Assembly (NCBI RefSeq): GCF_009914755.1 | Contig: NC_060935.1 | Length of the DNA: 64,000 bases | Source of the DNA: the human T2T-CHM13v2.0 reference genome, Homo sapiens | Direction: 5' to 3' (one strand) | In this document: positions 1-15,533 of the stretch, piece after piece | How the letters are laid out: each line of letters opens with the position of its first letter | Position numbering within the stretch: position 1 is the first letter of the stretch | Position numbers and translations under genes: made by a program | The notes under the pieces: model-generated | What the model saw: only the letters and a program-made list of their open reading frames with translations | The model's database searches: none | What the model was told of the DNA's origin: nothing

Positions 1-76
1 CTCCTTCTTCTACCTCCATCTCATCCAATGAAGATGAAATTTTCACCAAGTTACAGAATTGGCCCATGTTATTTGC

Positions 77-200
77 CCACTAGAATGTAAGCTCTTTGAA
101 AGCCAGAATTCTTGCTTGCTTTTTCTTCTGTTAGATCACCAGAGCCTTGCATAGTGCCTGGTACATTACAAGTGCTCAGTAAATTGTTTATGAATGAATG
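77..200 (+). mobile_element. L2 3' end
   Basis: ctagaatgtaagctc...gcatagtgcctggtaca...gctcagtaaat...tgaatgaatg resembles the L2 terminus. Confidence 0.75.
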
Positions 201-254
201 CATGCATGTTATTCTGCAGAGGCATCTGTGATAAAATGTCAGGAACATTGTATA

Positions 255-430
255 TGGAATCAGAATGATTTTTGTTACACTCCCACCACTCTCAGCTCAT
301 GTGACTTGTGTGACTTTGGGCAAGTCACTAATCTTGCTGAGCCTCAGTTTCCCTTTCTGTAAACTGAGGATCATGCATATGCATTCTGCAGTTCAGTAAA
401 ATATTGTATATAAAGTGCCTGACACATAGC
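255..430 (+). mobile_element. MIR SINE
   Basis: Core gtgactttgggcaagtcact...ctgagcctcagtttccc...ctgtaaa. Confidence 0.75.
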
Positions 431-2815
431 ACATGATCAGTTGCTGGAAGCTGAATATTCAGTCCTCCCCTGTACCATTTGACATCACCATGCTTTTAAA
501 TCACACAAACATTTAAAATAGATGAAATGCAAAGATCTTTTGGAATATCTCCAAGTTAGAAAAATAGCCTTTGTTCACCGGAGATTTAAATTATGCCTAT
601 ATATGTACAGAGACCTAAGAACGTATGTGAATCTGACACTGACAAGTGCAAAGCATGTGGAAATGCCAACCACTCTGTTATAAATCTGCTCTGGGGGAGG
701 AGAGCGATGTTGCCTGGAGATTTTTATTCATTTGAAAATGTTACCATTCACCCAGTGAAAGCCAGAGAACGGCAACGGGACAGTTGGATCCAAGTGCTCT
801 GACATTTCCTTGCCGGCAGACACCATCAATGAATTTAGAAGCTGTATTGCTTCATACGGCATTGAATTAAGAAAATGGTGTGTTACAAAAAGAGGGAGAG
901 AAGGCTGTCAAAGCCTAGGTTTCCGATATGTTTCTTTTGTCCCAGACTGTTCCAGAATAAAGGTTAAGTATGGAAATGTCAGGGTCTAGAGAAACTTAGG
1001 TCACAGAGAACCCAAGGGCTCACTTCACTTCACATTAACAGCTTAATACTCCTTGAGTAACTATGTGCCAAACAGTGGGCTACGCACTCTACTTGGAAAA
1101 CATTATTGAATTCCTACAAAATCCCTATAAGAAACATGACCCCCACTTCACAAATGAGCAAACTGGAAGTTTGCTTTCTGAGTTTCAGAAAGGCAAAGTG
1201 ACTTACTCCGGTCTTGCAGCCAGGAAGAGGCAGAACGGGGGCTCTGAGCCAATCTAGGTCCACCCTGGCAACACCACTGGAAGGTTGAGAGATGGGGCTG
1301 GAGGGTGGGCAGCGGGAGGATGGAAGACTCTGCTTGACTTGCCGGGCAACAGGGGATATCTGTCAGTTACTAGCTCCATGGTTTTGAACATGTTCCCTGG
1401 TCTTCCTCATGTGAGCTTTGAAGGATTTAATAGTAAATAATAATAGTAACAACAAACTTTTATGTGTCAAGCACTCATTGTTCAAAAATGTTGTACACAG
1501 TATTTCTTAAAGTGCTTGCAATAACTCTTAGAAAGGAGAAACTATTAGCCTTCCCATTTTCCAGCGACAGAAACTAATAATGAGAGTCACAGAGCCTAAC
1601 ACACAGCAAGTGCTCGGTGAGAGGTATTACCAATGTGCTGCACTGCCTTCTTGCTCTTCTTGCAAGCTCTCCTCCAACAGGACCACACCTCCATGCCTTC
1701 CTGAGTTCCGCCCAGCTTTTTCCTGAATGCCCACCTCTTCCCTTCCTTCCCTCCACCAAACCCTTACCCACTGCAGAACCTGCCCGCCTAAGAGTGTCTA
1801 AGATAAACTTTCACCAACACTCCCCCTAGTGGTGGGCCAATGCCACCCTTCCCCAACTTCCTGTTTTATTTTTCTATGAAGTTCCAAAATATAATTCTGC
1901 AAAGATTCAACCAATTGATGAATAAAATATACATGCCGACTGTAAAGACAATTGTAAGGATTGGTTTGGGGACACCAAAAGCATCCAAAGAAGGTTTCTC
2001 TGGATGGCTACTGTCAATAACAGATAACAGATACTGAGAGATTGCAGTGTGCCAAACATAATATGTAGTATGACTTTTAAAAACTCCACGACCAATCTTG
2101 AATTAGACACAATTATTTTCCCCACCTTACAGATAGGGAAAATGAGAGAATGTAAGAGACTTGTTCAAGGTCATAGTGTTATGACACTGTGACAGTGTCA
2201 GAACTGAGCTGCACAGTGACAGAAGGACCCTGATTCCAGGCCTGGCCTCTGAGTCTTTGTGCTTAAAAGACCCTAATTCAAACTAGACATCCAGGTTCCA
2301 AGCCTGTTTTTGCCATTCTAGACCCGTGTTCCTCACAGGTAAAATAAAGGATTGCACTTAATGACCTCAGAGAATTACAGATCTTTAGAGAAGTATATTA
2401 TCTTATTTAATTCTTACTACCTATGAGATTGATTTCATGATCTCCAGTTCTACAGATAAGGAATGATTGTGCACTCCCTAAGGTAGTACAGGCAGGGCCA
2501 GAATTGTTTTCTCTGACCATAATCCCATGCCCTCTTTTCTGCAGATGCTGACTTTCCAAGTTCAGGCTTGCAGCACTCTGTGACTCCAGTTATCCTTCTT
2601 TATCTAACCCATCCACGTCTGTGCTTCTCTAGTTCTCAATTAGATATGTTAGTTAAAACTGAAATCAGAATTTCAAAGTTTTTCCTAAGTAGTTGGGATT
2701 TTGTTTATTAGTTTCTATCTCTAGGAACCCACCAAACAATTGGATATCTTTGGGTCAGCTTTTAGTATAGCTCATAGGTCAAATAAAAGAAATGCAATAA
2801 TAAACATGTGTATTA

Positions 2816-3038
<223 letters not shown>

Positions 3039-3571
3039 ATGTATATTAAATATATTACAAAGAGCAAAGGATGGTCCTATCATTACATTGCCTCCATAAT
3101 GTGTTATTCAAAGACTTGTGAATAATTTTCTTAGGTAACTCAACTCCTTTGAGAACACTGACATAAACAGAAGATTATCCAATAATTAAAAATTCCAAAT
3201 TATTTATCAGGAGAACACCAAACTATAGGTAAACCCAAGTGATATATAGCATGTGGAATTTGTTAGAACACACAGTATATTACAAATCTGTAAAAATTAA
3301 ATCCCTAAATATTGTTATTATATGAAGGATCCTTTGTCTGTTTTATGTTTTAAAAAGTTTATTAATAAAAATAAATGTTGTATGCCTATTTAAGTGAAAA
3401 GAACATTTGACAAAAACATCAGCCTGAAATCTCATCATGCTAACCCAACTATTTTAATATTTGCACATTCTTTTTCAGTCACAGCCTGCATACAGACACA
3501 TTTTAAGTATCTACTAATTTAATATTTTGTGTTCTTGGATTTTCTTACTTAACATAGCATAGACATTTTAG

Positions 3572-3754
<183 letters not shown>

Positions 3755-3859
3755 TAATGATCTGATACAACTCCAGAGACTGACATACCATACTTTTTCT
3801 AAATCATTCTCCACATCACTGGATATTATTGTCCATTTCCCATCGTCTGATGTTCTAAA

Positions 3860-4146
3860 TCAGTGCTATCCAATATGACAGCCACTAACCACATGCGACT
3901 ATGGAGCACTTGAGATGTAGCTAGTCTGGATTGACAAGTAGTAAGTATAAAATATGTGCCAGATTTCTAAGGCAATATAAGAAAAACAATGTAAATGTTT
4001 ATATTGATGTTGAAATTATACTATTTGGATATATTGGGTTAAATCAAATATCAAAATTAATTTCATTTTGTTTTTTTAAATATGATTCCTAGAAAATTTT
4101 AAATTATAAATCTGGTGTGTATTATATTTATATTGAACAGTGTTTG
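3860..4146. mobile_element. MER33-like hAT-Charlie DNA transposon within an old L1M remnant
   Basis: cagtgctatccaata...gagcacttgagatgtagctag...ggatatattgggttaaat...tattgaacagtg; flanks ttctaaat / gtctagat fit the NTCTAGAN target preference. Confidence 0.75.
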
Positions 4147-5859
4147 TCTAGATGACACTTCAGTATACAACTGTCTGCCTATAAATTTCTACTTCTGTTG
4201 AATTCGTTCTGCAATCCAAAGTCCAGTGAGTGAGCTTACTAGAATGGAAGGTATAGTCTTATGGTTTTTGCAACCTATCACAATATTGCTTTGCAAAAGA
4301 GTTGTAGCAATTTGTAAAGCACTAGCACTGAATCGCTCAAGAACATTCCTAGCACCAGATAGTCTACTTTTAGGTATGTTTAGTTCTATTAATTTCCCAA
4401 GTGTAATATGAATGTAAGAGCCAGACTGTCTGGGTTTAAATCTCCCCTAACTAATTATGAGTTGAGCAAGTTACTAAACCTCTCTGTGTCTCAGTTTCCT
4501 CACCTATGAAATGGAAATAGCACTATCTCTTACGGTGGTTTTAGGGATTAAATGAACTTATATATGTAAAGCACTTAGTAAATATCAAAAACTGTAAAAT
4601 TATTATGTGTAATTATAATGATAAAGATTGTTTTAAACTGTAATTCTTTGGTTACTACTCAGGATAAATGTTTTCTAGGATAAGTGCTTAGTATATGTAT
4701 TCTATTCTATGTAAATGTTTTCCTCATGTCCTTTGGCCATTGATCTATTGAGATCTTGGGTTTTTTTTCTTTTAAAATCTGAATTACTTCTTCATACAGA
4801 GTTGAGTCTTAATCATCTTTGGTATACAAATTTTCCTTTTAATCTCATGCCATTGTTTTTACATTTTAAACAAGTTTCAAATTCAATGTTGTCCATAATT
4901 TAGAAAGAAATTTAATTCCTCCTTTACTTCAAAGCTAGGAAAGTTATTTCTTATCAAGAGATAGACATGATATAGTATTTTATCTCTTTTAGCTCGTCTA
5001 TGCTTTGAGCCTGGTTCGTTTTTTTAGATGAGGCTGGATTTTTGCTAAACGTTTAGACTTTGACACAGCAAAGGATAAAACAGAAAACTCTCCCATTAGG
5101 GTGCATAGAGGCATAAGGAGTAGTCCCAGGGATATTATGGTGACTTCATTGGAAACAATGAGGTCCTGTGAAGACAGAGTTGTTGCCTTCTATAATCAAA
5201 TGGATCTGACCTAAGCCCTTCCTGTACGGAAAATCACCTGCAAGTAAAACCAGGTAGTGCTGGGTTCTAATTCTTACTCTCCTATTGATTAGTTGCGTGT
5301 GATTGGAGGCAAGTAACTTAGCCATCTGGAGCCTCATTTTGTTCTACTGGAGATTAAATGCATATGAAAATGCTTAAGCAAGCGCAGCCAAATATCAAAC
5401 TCAATTTTTAAATTATTTTAGTACAATATTCAAGATTATGTCATTTTCTTGGTGAGTCAGAAAAGGGAGTGGTTCTATATTAAACATTTCCCTGTTAATC
5501 ACATTTGGCTAGATGTATCAGAAATTAGCTAGCCCATAAAAGGGGACTAGAATATGCCTGCTGTCTGTTTAGTAAGACAAATGCGTGGCTTTTGTCCTGT
5601 TCCACTTCTTATATAGGGCTTTCACATACTGCTCCTTAAAACAAACCTGTAAGGAAGACAGAACAGTTTATCAAAAGTTGATAGCAAAGGAAAACTGGGG
5701 CCCTGGAAGGTTTAGTGACTTGCTCAGTCACACAGCAGAGCCTCAAACAAAACGAGAGCAGACTCCTAGTTGCATGCCCTTCCAGATTGCAAGTTGCTCC
5801 CTCTAGGTATACAGTTGGTTGAATTGGACAATCTCTGGTTCCTTCCAAACCAGTTAACA

Positions 5860-6090
5860 TAGTTATTAAGATCTTAAGCTCTGGAGTCCAAGAGACCTGG
5901 CTGGGTTCAAATTCCAGCTCTACTGCTTGCAAGCTGTATGACCTTATAGCAGTAGGTCAATCTCTTTCACCCTTACTTTCCTCTTCTGCAATGTAAAACT
6001 AACAATTTTACTGAACTTACTGGGTTTAGAAAGGATGAAAAGCTATGGTGCTAGTAAAGCACATAGCAGTACCTGGCGGGTAGTAAGTGC
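5860..6090 (+). mobile_element. MIR SINE
   Basis: gctctggagtc...ctgggttcaaattccagctctact...ctgtatgacctt...gcacatagcagtacctggc...tagtaagtgc. Confidence 0.75.
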
Positions 6091-6861
6091 CCAAAGTTGC
6101 TCCGCTAAAAATGGAAAAATTGAACAATGACTAGAAATAGTTAGGTTTCGAGCCCTGAACTCAAATTTGAGTTAGGTCTTCCAAGTGCTTGATCCATTAA
6201 CCAGTGCAGGCTTCTGCAGGTTTTCCAATGCTGTGTCCTTTGGCCCTCTCTGGTGTTTCAGGTACAAAGAGCAATTCATGCCAACTCTGCAGGCAGGTGT
6301 CACATTTCTTACCTGTCCCAGCTGTGAACAGCATAATTGAATTTAATGTGAGAAATGATAGTAACTTCCCAGAGACACTTAGTGTTTAGTGTTAGATAGC
6401 TTGTCTAGTGCCTGCCCACTGGACAGGCTGCTGTAAGAGTCTAGAACTTGACTCTATTGTACATTTCCACTATATATTTGGCAGCTGTAACATACTGATC
6501 TCTCCAGCTGCCCCCAAAGGTGCTCTGTCCTTTTTTACCTCGTGTACCCAAAGCGCCTTTCTCATGGAAACTCTCCCACTGGGTTGTAATGATCTGTAGC
6601 CCAGATGTGGCTGGCATCCTGGAGATAACACTGACCTCACCAAAAACATCAAACCCAGACTCTTTGCATTCCCAAAGAAAGCAAACTAACTCCAGCAGCA
6701 AAGAGAGTCAGGGAGATTTCACTGAGGACCTTATGCGAAGGCTAAGGAGAGGGTTGCATCACACACCAGACAGAAAAGTTGATCAAAAGCTCTGATTTAA
6801 AAACTCAATTTCCTTGCCAAAGCCCTTTCCCTGGGTGTTAGCAACCTTTTCTTCTCTCTTT

Positions 6862-7161
<300 letters not shown>

Positions 7162-8849
7162 CCTCTCTTTCCTTTCTTTCAAACCACCCATTTCTTCTAA
7201 AAAAATTGGCTCTAGCCATTGCCTTGAATATCCCACAAAAACTTGGGAGTTAGCTATTCCCAGCCTCCATAAAAGGCATTTCAACCATCACATCTATTCT
7301 CCCCCAGTCATGCCTCTGGTATCAAAGCCTCATTCTTGAACATCTCATTAAAGAATCTACCCAACAGCTCTAAAGCCTTCTGGAGATGTGTGTGCAGATT
7401 TTATTAAGAAAATAAAGTTTTCTTAATAACGGCTCTCTTGATCTTCTTGTTACTGCAAGTCTGCTTGACTATGAACTCTTCAATAAGAGCTGACATTTAC
7501 CCCATGCCCGCCGTGCCAGGCGCTGCTTGCTGTAAGTGCAAGACATGGATTATATCACTAGTTCTCATGACGAACGTTTCCTAGTAAGGACCATCATTAC
7601 CCTGATTTTGCAGATAAAAACCCGAGGCATAGGAAAGTTTATTAGTTTATCCACAGTCATACAGCAAGTGGCAGATCTGGGATTCAAACCCAGGCAGGTT
7701 GACATTAAAGTCCACACTCTTAAACAATAGGAGGGCAAAGTCTGTATGGTTCTCAGGGACAAATGCCTCATCTCTTGCACAAGGCAGCCCCTCACAATAA
7801 AGTGGCATTGACTGTTTGCTGAGGAGACAGACTTGCCTGGTCTTCTTTCTTTTCTTCTATTTCAGAACATCTATTCCCCTCCCTTCCATTTCATCATTCA
7901 ATTTAACCAGAAAAAAAGATAACATACAAAGTTGTCTATTATGTGCCAGGTGCTGTGCATGGCAGTGGAGAAACAGAGACATATAATAAGGCAGAGTCTT
8001 TGCCCTTGTATGTAAAGGTCATAGCAGGTGAGAAAGACACGTCAGACAAAAAAAGTGTAATACATCTTTGGAAGAGCTACATTCGAAACATTAAAATACA
8101 AGGTGGCCCTACAGGTGTTGGAGTGGGTAACCCTCTGGAGAGAGAGTCAAGGGACTTGTGTCTAGAAGGAGTGATAACTGGGCTGGATTTTGAAGGAAAA
8201 GGGGGTGGAAAAGGAAATAACTCCAAGGTATAAAGTCACGGCATTGTTTCCCCATTCTGTCCAGCTGAAAAACAGAGATTGAGAGAAATGATGGGGGCCT
8301 GTTAGTGGGTGGAGCTCAGGAGATGTTGGCTTGGCACAGCCTTGCTTTCCAGCCAGGAGCAGGACAGTCCTCTGAGGGGGACTGAGAGTCGGGGAGCAGC
8401 CAGGGTCCTTCTCTCCTTCTGGGGACTCTGAAGACTCCATAAAGTATGGATGGGGGCTTATTGCTGCCATAGTGGCCAAACTATTAGGAGGCTCTTAGAA
8501 TGGTCCATAAGAGGAACAAACAGTGGTATGGATTCAGGAGGGAAAAGCGAGTATTTTAGAATGTCTTAATGAGATGTGGCAGTTTTGACATCACAAAGTT
8601 TTGACATATTTTATTTTGGTAATGGTGTTGCTGTTTAACCTCATTGATACGGTTTGTTGTTGTTTTGTTGTTTGCTTTTCTTGGTTAATTCTCTAAATTC
8701 CCTTAACTTGAGGTAAGATTTCTAGATTAATCAAATAGTGGAATTAACTTAACCCTCTGGTTATATTTCCAAAAGTTCAGTCACTACTAAGAAGCCAGGA
8801 CTGCCTTCTTTTTTATCACCTGTCAGCTACTTGTTTTTAAAATTTATAA

Positions 8850-8974
8850 ATTAAGTAGAGATGGGGTCTCACTGTGCTGATGAGGCTGATCTCGAATTCC
8901 TGGCCTCAAGCAGCTCTCCTGCTTTGGCCTCCCAAAGTGTTGGGATGACAGGCATGAGCCCCAGCACTCGGTCC
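8850..8974 (-). mobile_element. FLAM / AluJ left monomer
   Basis: gtagagatggggtctcactgtg...ctggcctcaagcag...cccaaagtgttgggatgacagg. Confidence 0.85.
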
Positions 8975-11243
8975 AACTATTCCTTTTCATTTATCTTTTC
9001 TTGAACTCTTTCTCAGAACGACAAGAGTTCAGGATCTCTGGTCCTAGATTCAAAATGCTGTGCTGAAATTCTAGAAAATAGAGCTTGATAAAGTGTAGCA
9101 TGGTTCAGTAATTCTCCAGCAGGAATCTCCCCTGAGCCATGTTCTCTGTTCTACTCATTATCTTCCACAAAGTTCAGGGATGTGTCTAACTGGCCAATGG
9201 GAAGCCGCAGCTATGTGCATGCACTAGGAAGAGACGGGATCACTGTTCCTTCAAGATCTGATCATACAAAATCACACAGATGGGAAGGTGAACAACTATA
9301 TCCCCAACACCCACCCAGCCCATTTAATGATTGGCACTCAGTAAATGTTTGCTAAATGAGTGAACAAACGAAAAAATGAAATGGAAAACAAGAGATCAAG
9401 TACACATGGCCAAATAAACTTGAACTTGCTTCAACTGTGTCCCTTCAGACTGGTCTCTTCACGTTGGAGAAACTGAGGCAGCTAAGCTGGCTCATTCATT
9501 GTCCAGTCTTCTTAGAGAAGGATATTGGTTCTGTTAATGAAGATGTAAACTCCTGAAATTGAAGCTATTAGAACTCAGCATTTACATATTGAGACCAGCA
9601 AAGCAACTCACTCCCAGAGTTGAGTCTTCTGTCTGCCTCCAGTCCCCCCAGCCCCACCCCTCCAAGGGCAATCCACTGGAGTTATTGTTCTAAAATAGAA
9701 ATCTGATTGAAACTCTGCCCAACTGGAAACAAAGGGGGAGTTAGCATTCACCAAGAGCTATGATGTGCCATGGCTATGTTAGGAGTTTATACCTTACCTT
9801 GTTTCATCCAAATAACACCTCTGTATGTGAGGTGGACATGATGACCCCATCTTATAGACACAGGCACTGAGACTCAGAGAAGCAAAGTCACTTGTCCTCA
9901 GCCACACAGCCAGTAAGTAATGGAACTCAGATTCAAAACCAGGTTTGACTCACTCTAAACCCCCGGAGTTGTTTCTCCTCAGATTGCACTGCCAGAAATC
10001 CTTGTCATTACACCACAATGTCCAGAAGCCTTTGTGGGGCTACAGGCCCTTTGTGAGCTGAATCCAACCCATATTTCCAGCCTTATCTCCCTCATGCCAT
10101 GCTCCTCTCCCTGGGCTCCTGCCACCATCAGTCACAAAGAATTTCAGGAGTGCCATGTTCTCCCAGGTCACAAAAATTTGTAGTATTGTTGTTCTCTCCT
10201 GTCTATATACCCGCCCCCTTTCTCCACCTGGCAGACTTCTATTCATCCATCAAGATCCAGCTCAAATATCCCCTCCCTAAGTTTCTCTGATCACTCGCCA
10301 CCAAGTAGGCAGTTAGTGGCCCCTACCCAAGTCTCCCAGTGCCCTTTGTACCTACTGCCATCACATATAATCCAAGCAGTTCTCTGGTCTCTTCCTGTCT
10401 GACATCCTTTTGGCCACAATTTCATGTTTAAGAATCCACTGCAGGCAGATTCTGAGTGCTGCCAGCCCTCTAGCCTTTCTAATTGCTAGGCAGATGCCAC
10501 CCCCTCTGTGGAAAACACTCACAATGTTCCCTGCAACGAATTCAGGCAATTGTTTTAAGATGAAATCCTTCCTGGGTGGAATTAACCATCAGGTGAGCTG
10601 CGGTTCTATTCTCAGTGCAGTCTGTGAGTGTGTGGTGGCTTTTCTGGTTTTGCGCAAGGCACTATATTCATGGTTTTTTTAAATTATGACTAAGCAGACT
10701 CTATGAAATGTATGGACCATGGAACCTTGACATTAAATAGCCTCACACTATCCCTGCTCGTCCCACTCCTGTTCTATGAATAGTAGACCATACAGACAGC
10801 AGGACGAATGAATCAAAAATGACAGCACTTCACCAGGAGACTGAAGCTCAGGATTATGGAACAGCTGGCTGGGGGATTGTGATCTACACACAAGCTACTG
10901 CATCATCCATTTTCTGCTGATCTTGTCCTTTTAGCTAGAATATGTGCTACTGTCTACACATCTGATTGAGCTGGTAATAAACATGATAACTACGATTACT
11001 AATCTAATAATAAGCAGTTATTAATTGCTTACGGTGTCCCAGCAATTTTCCTATGCCTTCTCATACTATTATCATCATGAGCTTGCAAATATAATGAATT
11101 TGTCATTAAAAAACAGGCTCTGGAGTCAGAAAGATATGGATTTAAATCTTGACCCTCTAATTCCTAGCTGTGTGACCCTGGACAAGTCATTCAATGTCTC
11201 TAAACCATGTAATTCCATGTGTATGAAATGAGGATAATAAATG

Positions 11244-12135
11244 TGGTCATGCGGTATAACAACATGTCAGTCAATGAGGAACCAAATATACAACAGTGAT
11301 CCATGAGCTTATAATGGAGCTGAAAATATATATGTTTTATCTGTATGTATGTTATTTATATAATATGTACATTTTCCATACGTATGTTTATATCTGTATA
11401 ATGTCACACTTAGTGACATCTTGACATTCTGACTCTGTGTAGTCCTATGCAAATGTGTGTATGTTTGTGTCTTAGTTTTTAATAAAAAAGTTTAGAAAGT
11501 AAAAAAGAAAAAATTAAAAGTGGAAAAACCTTATAAAATAAAGATATGAAGAAAGAAAATATTTGTACAGCTGTACAATGTGTTTGTGGTTTAAGCTAAG
11601 TGCCATTTTTAAAAGTCAAAACGTTTTAAAATTTAAAAAGTTTATAAAGTAAAAAAGTTACAGTAAGAAAGACTAATTTATTATTGAAGAAAGAAAAATA
11701 TTTCCCTATAAATTTGTTGTAGCCTAAGTGTCCAGTGTTTATAAGGCCTACAGTAGTGTACAGTAATGTCCTAGGCCTTCACACTCACTCACCACTCACC
11801 CAGAACAACTTCCAGTCCTGCAGCCTCCATTTGTGGCAAGTGCCCTATATATGTGTATCATTTTTTATCTTTTATGCCATATTTTTACTAAGCATTTTCT
11901 ATGTTTAGTTACACAGAAACTTACCATTGTGTTACAATTGCCTATAGAATTCAGTATAGTAACATGCTGTACAGGTGTGTAGCCTGGGAGCGATAGGCTA
12001 TTCCACATAGCCCAGGTATGTAGTAGGCTATCACCATGTAGGTTTATTTAAGTACATTCTATGATGTTCATATAATGACAAAATTGCCTAACTATTCTCA
12101 GTTACACATCCCTGTCATTAAACAACACGAGTGTA
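11244..12135. mobile_element. Tigger3-family (TcMar) non-autonomous DNA transposon, following a MIR
   Basis: Left end ggtcatgcggtataacaac...ttataatggagctgaaa; internal tacagtagtgtacagtaatgtcctaggccttcac; right end ccctgtcattaaacaacacgagtgta. Confidence 0.85.
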
Positions 12136-12800
12136 CATTCATCACAGTGCAGAAGAACCTAGTAAATGTTTATCATGTTACTATCAGACACCCTTATCAT
12201 GCAGGATAAAGAAATTGATTCAGAGAGGTTAAGTGGCATGCCTGTGGCTACAAACTAGTAAGTGGCAAAGCTGGGATTTGAGCCCAGGTCTGTCTCTTTA
12301 CAATACCATCCTTTCCAGTACAGCAAAGCAATATTGAACAGTCGTTAAGAGTACAGCTGTTTGGGCTCAAATTCTGGCTCTTCCACTCTCAGCTTTGTGA
12401 TCTTAGGCAAGTTACTTACCTACTTCTTTGTGTCTCAGTCTCTCCATTTGAAAAATGGGTTTTATAGGTTTGTTGTGACAATTAAATGTGTTGATATCTG
12501 TACAGCTCTTAGAATAGTGCCTGAAATACAGCAAATGCTATACAAGTGTTTGCTATTAAAATTGACTTTCTTAGTTTTCCAAACATTGGATCTGATTGGA
12601 CCTTATCACAGTGGTTAGGGTGAATGTTGGTAGAAACTTGGGCAGTTGCTCTGGATGGTTCAGTTCTTTCACTTTTCTAAGATATTTCTCAGGTCCCTAA
12701 ATCTCCAGGATAATCACCAGTTTCTTCAATTTTTCCTAGTAACACTGTTTTAAAAACTGTTCCCTCCACTAACCATGCTCTAGTTGCCTCATCAACTAGA

Positions 12801-13017
12801 GAAGGGTTTCTCATGCTTGGCACTATTGACATTTGACCTAAGTAATTCTTTGTCATGGGGAGTGGGGGCTGCCCTGCATACTATAGAATGTTTAGCAAAA
12901 CCTTTGCATTCTGCCCACTAGATGCCAGTAGCACTCGCTCCAATTGTGACTACCAGAAATGTCTCCAGACATTGCCAATGTCCTGAGGGTCAAAAACACC
13001 CCCAGTTGTGAACCATA
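12801..13017. mobile_element. MER20 (hAT-Charlie)
   Basis: ggcactattgacattt...cccactagatgccagtagcac...aaatgtctccagacattgcca...cccccagttg. Confidence 0.88.
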
Positions 13018-14104
13018 AGGTGGAGAGCATGGCCACCAAAACTGAAAAAATTCTCCAGATATAGTCTGGGATCTGGATGTGCAACACTGAACGTCTTTTA
13101 AGGCAGCTGAAGATTAGCATAGCTCCTTTGACACTGAAGCATCTCCATTCTCCCATTGAACTTGCTGAATGCTAAGACTCCTATGTCTTTTTCACACGAA
13201 CTGCTACCTGTGTAGATAGATTTCTGGCCTTAAGTGCATCTCTCCCCCAGAAATCTCAACGTGTTAGAGACTGCTTAATAGCCCAGCCAGTACACAATTA
13301 CTGGGTAATCTTCTCTAAATGCCACCTTCCCTTAGCTCAGAAGCAGGCCCCATTGTCTATTCTTCCATTTCCACCCCTCTATAAGGCCTAATTCAAGTGC
13401 CATAGCCTTTAGGAAGTTCTTTCTGATGCTCTGTTAAAATTCTTGTTCTTCGGCTGTCTCTACTGTGCTTTGTTTCAATTCTATGGGCTATTTCTTCCAA
13501 AGGACTGTTAGCTCTTTGAGAGCAAGAGCTTTCTCAGGGAATACTACAGTTCCAGCCATCTGCTTAGTGCAAAATCTTTCCCAATGAACGTTCTTTGAAT
13601 AGAGTTATGTCCTGACCCTACTCATAAATATTACAATATCTTCTTGTGTCCTGGAATATCAACACTCAACCATTCTACTTGGCATTCAATACCTTCCACA
13701 CACTGTCTCCACTTACCCAGTAAACTAGTCCCTAAACACATCTTCCAACTGGCCAGATCAGTCTGTTGTCATCGAGGAACAGGTTTACTCTTTTTAGCCC
13801 ACAAAAACTGTTGTCTTAACCCAAAACACCCGCCTCATCTTCGAGCCCTAGTCATCTTCTCAGGCATAGCTCAGTTCATGTTTAGCTGTTTTAGATCCAC
13901 TTTTGATGAGATAGTAGATAAAATGCAAATGCTATCTTTAAGCACGGCCTTTCCTTTGTTCTCAAAGGCAGACAAGAGGAACGATTGGTATAATCTAACC
14001 AGATAGGCATGGGCTCAAATCCCACTTCTGTAGATTTCATAGCACTGTGACTTTGAGAAAATAACTTCACCTTACCACCTCGTTTCCATATCTATACATA
14101 AGTA

Positions 14105-14478
14105 TTGTTTGGTCCATTTTGTGATGCTATAACATAGTGCTACAGACCGGGGTGATTTATAGTGAACATAAATATATTTCTCATAGTTCTGGAGGCTGGG
14201 AAGTTCAATATCAAGGTTCTGGCATCTGGCAAGGGCATTCTTGCTGCATTATCCCATAGCAGAAGAAGAGAGGGTGAGAGAGAGCAAGAAAGAGAGCAAG
14301 AGAGGGCTGAGCTCAATGTTATAACAAATCCACTCCTTTAATAATTACATTAATCTATTCGTGAAGGTAGAAACCTCATGACCTAATCATCTCTTAAGGG
14401 TCCCACCTCTCAACACTGTTGTACTGGGGATTAAGTTTCCAACACACAAACTTTGGCCGACACATTTAAAATGTAGAA
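14105..14478 (-). mobile_element. ERVL-MaLR solo LTR (MST-type) inserted in a MIR
   Basis: atttctcatagttctggaggctgggaagttcaatatcaagg...ctcatgacctaatcatctcttaagggtcccacctctcaacact...ggggattaagtttccaaca. Confidence 0.85.
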
Positions 14479-15533
14479 AGTATCATAGAGGTGCCTGTAG
14501 CATAGAGGAGTTGAGAAGAGTGAGATAATGCATGTAAAGTGTTCAGCCTAGAACTTGGAATGTGGTAACCATTCCAGAAACATTCACTATTAAAGCTCGT
14601 CCTTGACCAATCCACCTACTATTGATCTTCCTTCTGAATTCCTACAGTCCATAGACTATGTGCCACGTAATGTATTCCTCCATTATACTACTAGCATGGC
14701 TTTAGGACTTGGTTATGTCTCTTTAAATAGACTGTTAAAATCCTCTGAGGCTAGAAATTCATTCATTCAACAAATATCTGTTGTGTACTCACTACAAGCA
14801 TCAGGCTAGGCACTGTGGATGGAAAGTGCACAAATATATCAACTTGGACCCTGACCTCTAGGAATTTACAATTTAGTGGGGAAGACAAGACATGTACAAT
14901 AAAGAGCTATAATTTAGGTAGATAATGATTAATGTCACTAGGAAAGTATAAGAGGCCAAAGGTACGAAGAATCACTTTTGCCTGGGTGATCAAGAAAGAC
15001 TCAGGAAATCCGAGCCTTACAGAGATGAGGGCTGGCAAGAGAAGGCTTTATGGGAAAATGGAATAGCTTGAGCAAAAGCATGGAGGTGAGGAGGCAAGAA
15101 GCTTATATGGTAAACTGAGTAGTTCAGTGTAACTTGAGCTTGGGGTATGCGAAAGACAGCAGTTGGAGAAGCAGTTAGTGGCAAGAAGGGACCTTAAATA
15201 TAAGGCTAAAAGAGTTGTACTTAATGAAAATAAGGTAGGGAACAATGGGAGTCTTCATCAAGGAAATAGCCTGCTCAAATTTGTGCAACTGGAAGATAAA
15301 TGTAGCAGGATGCAGGATGATCATTTATGAGGTCACACGAATAATTCATGTATGATATGCAGGGAGTTAACTCAGAGCAGCAGCTGTGAGAATGGGAAGG
15401 GAGGATGGAGTGGGCAAGACCCTGTGAATGTCGGGGAGACATAGATTACTATGTGGTCTTCACTTTGCCCCCTACAGTCTATTCTTCATACGGCAACCAG
15501 TGGGACCCTTTGAACTGCATATCAGATCATGTC

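Noticed and set aside
993-1003. Other AGGTCA half-sites (also ~5954, ~53805)
   Set aside because: They lack the AWNT 5' extension required for a RORE.
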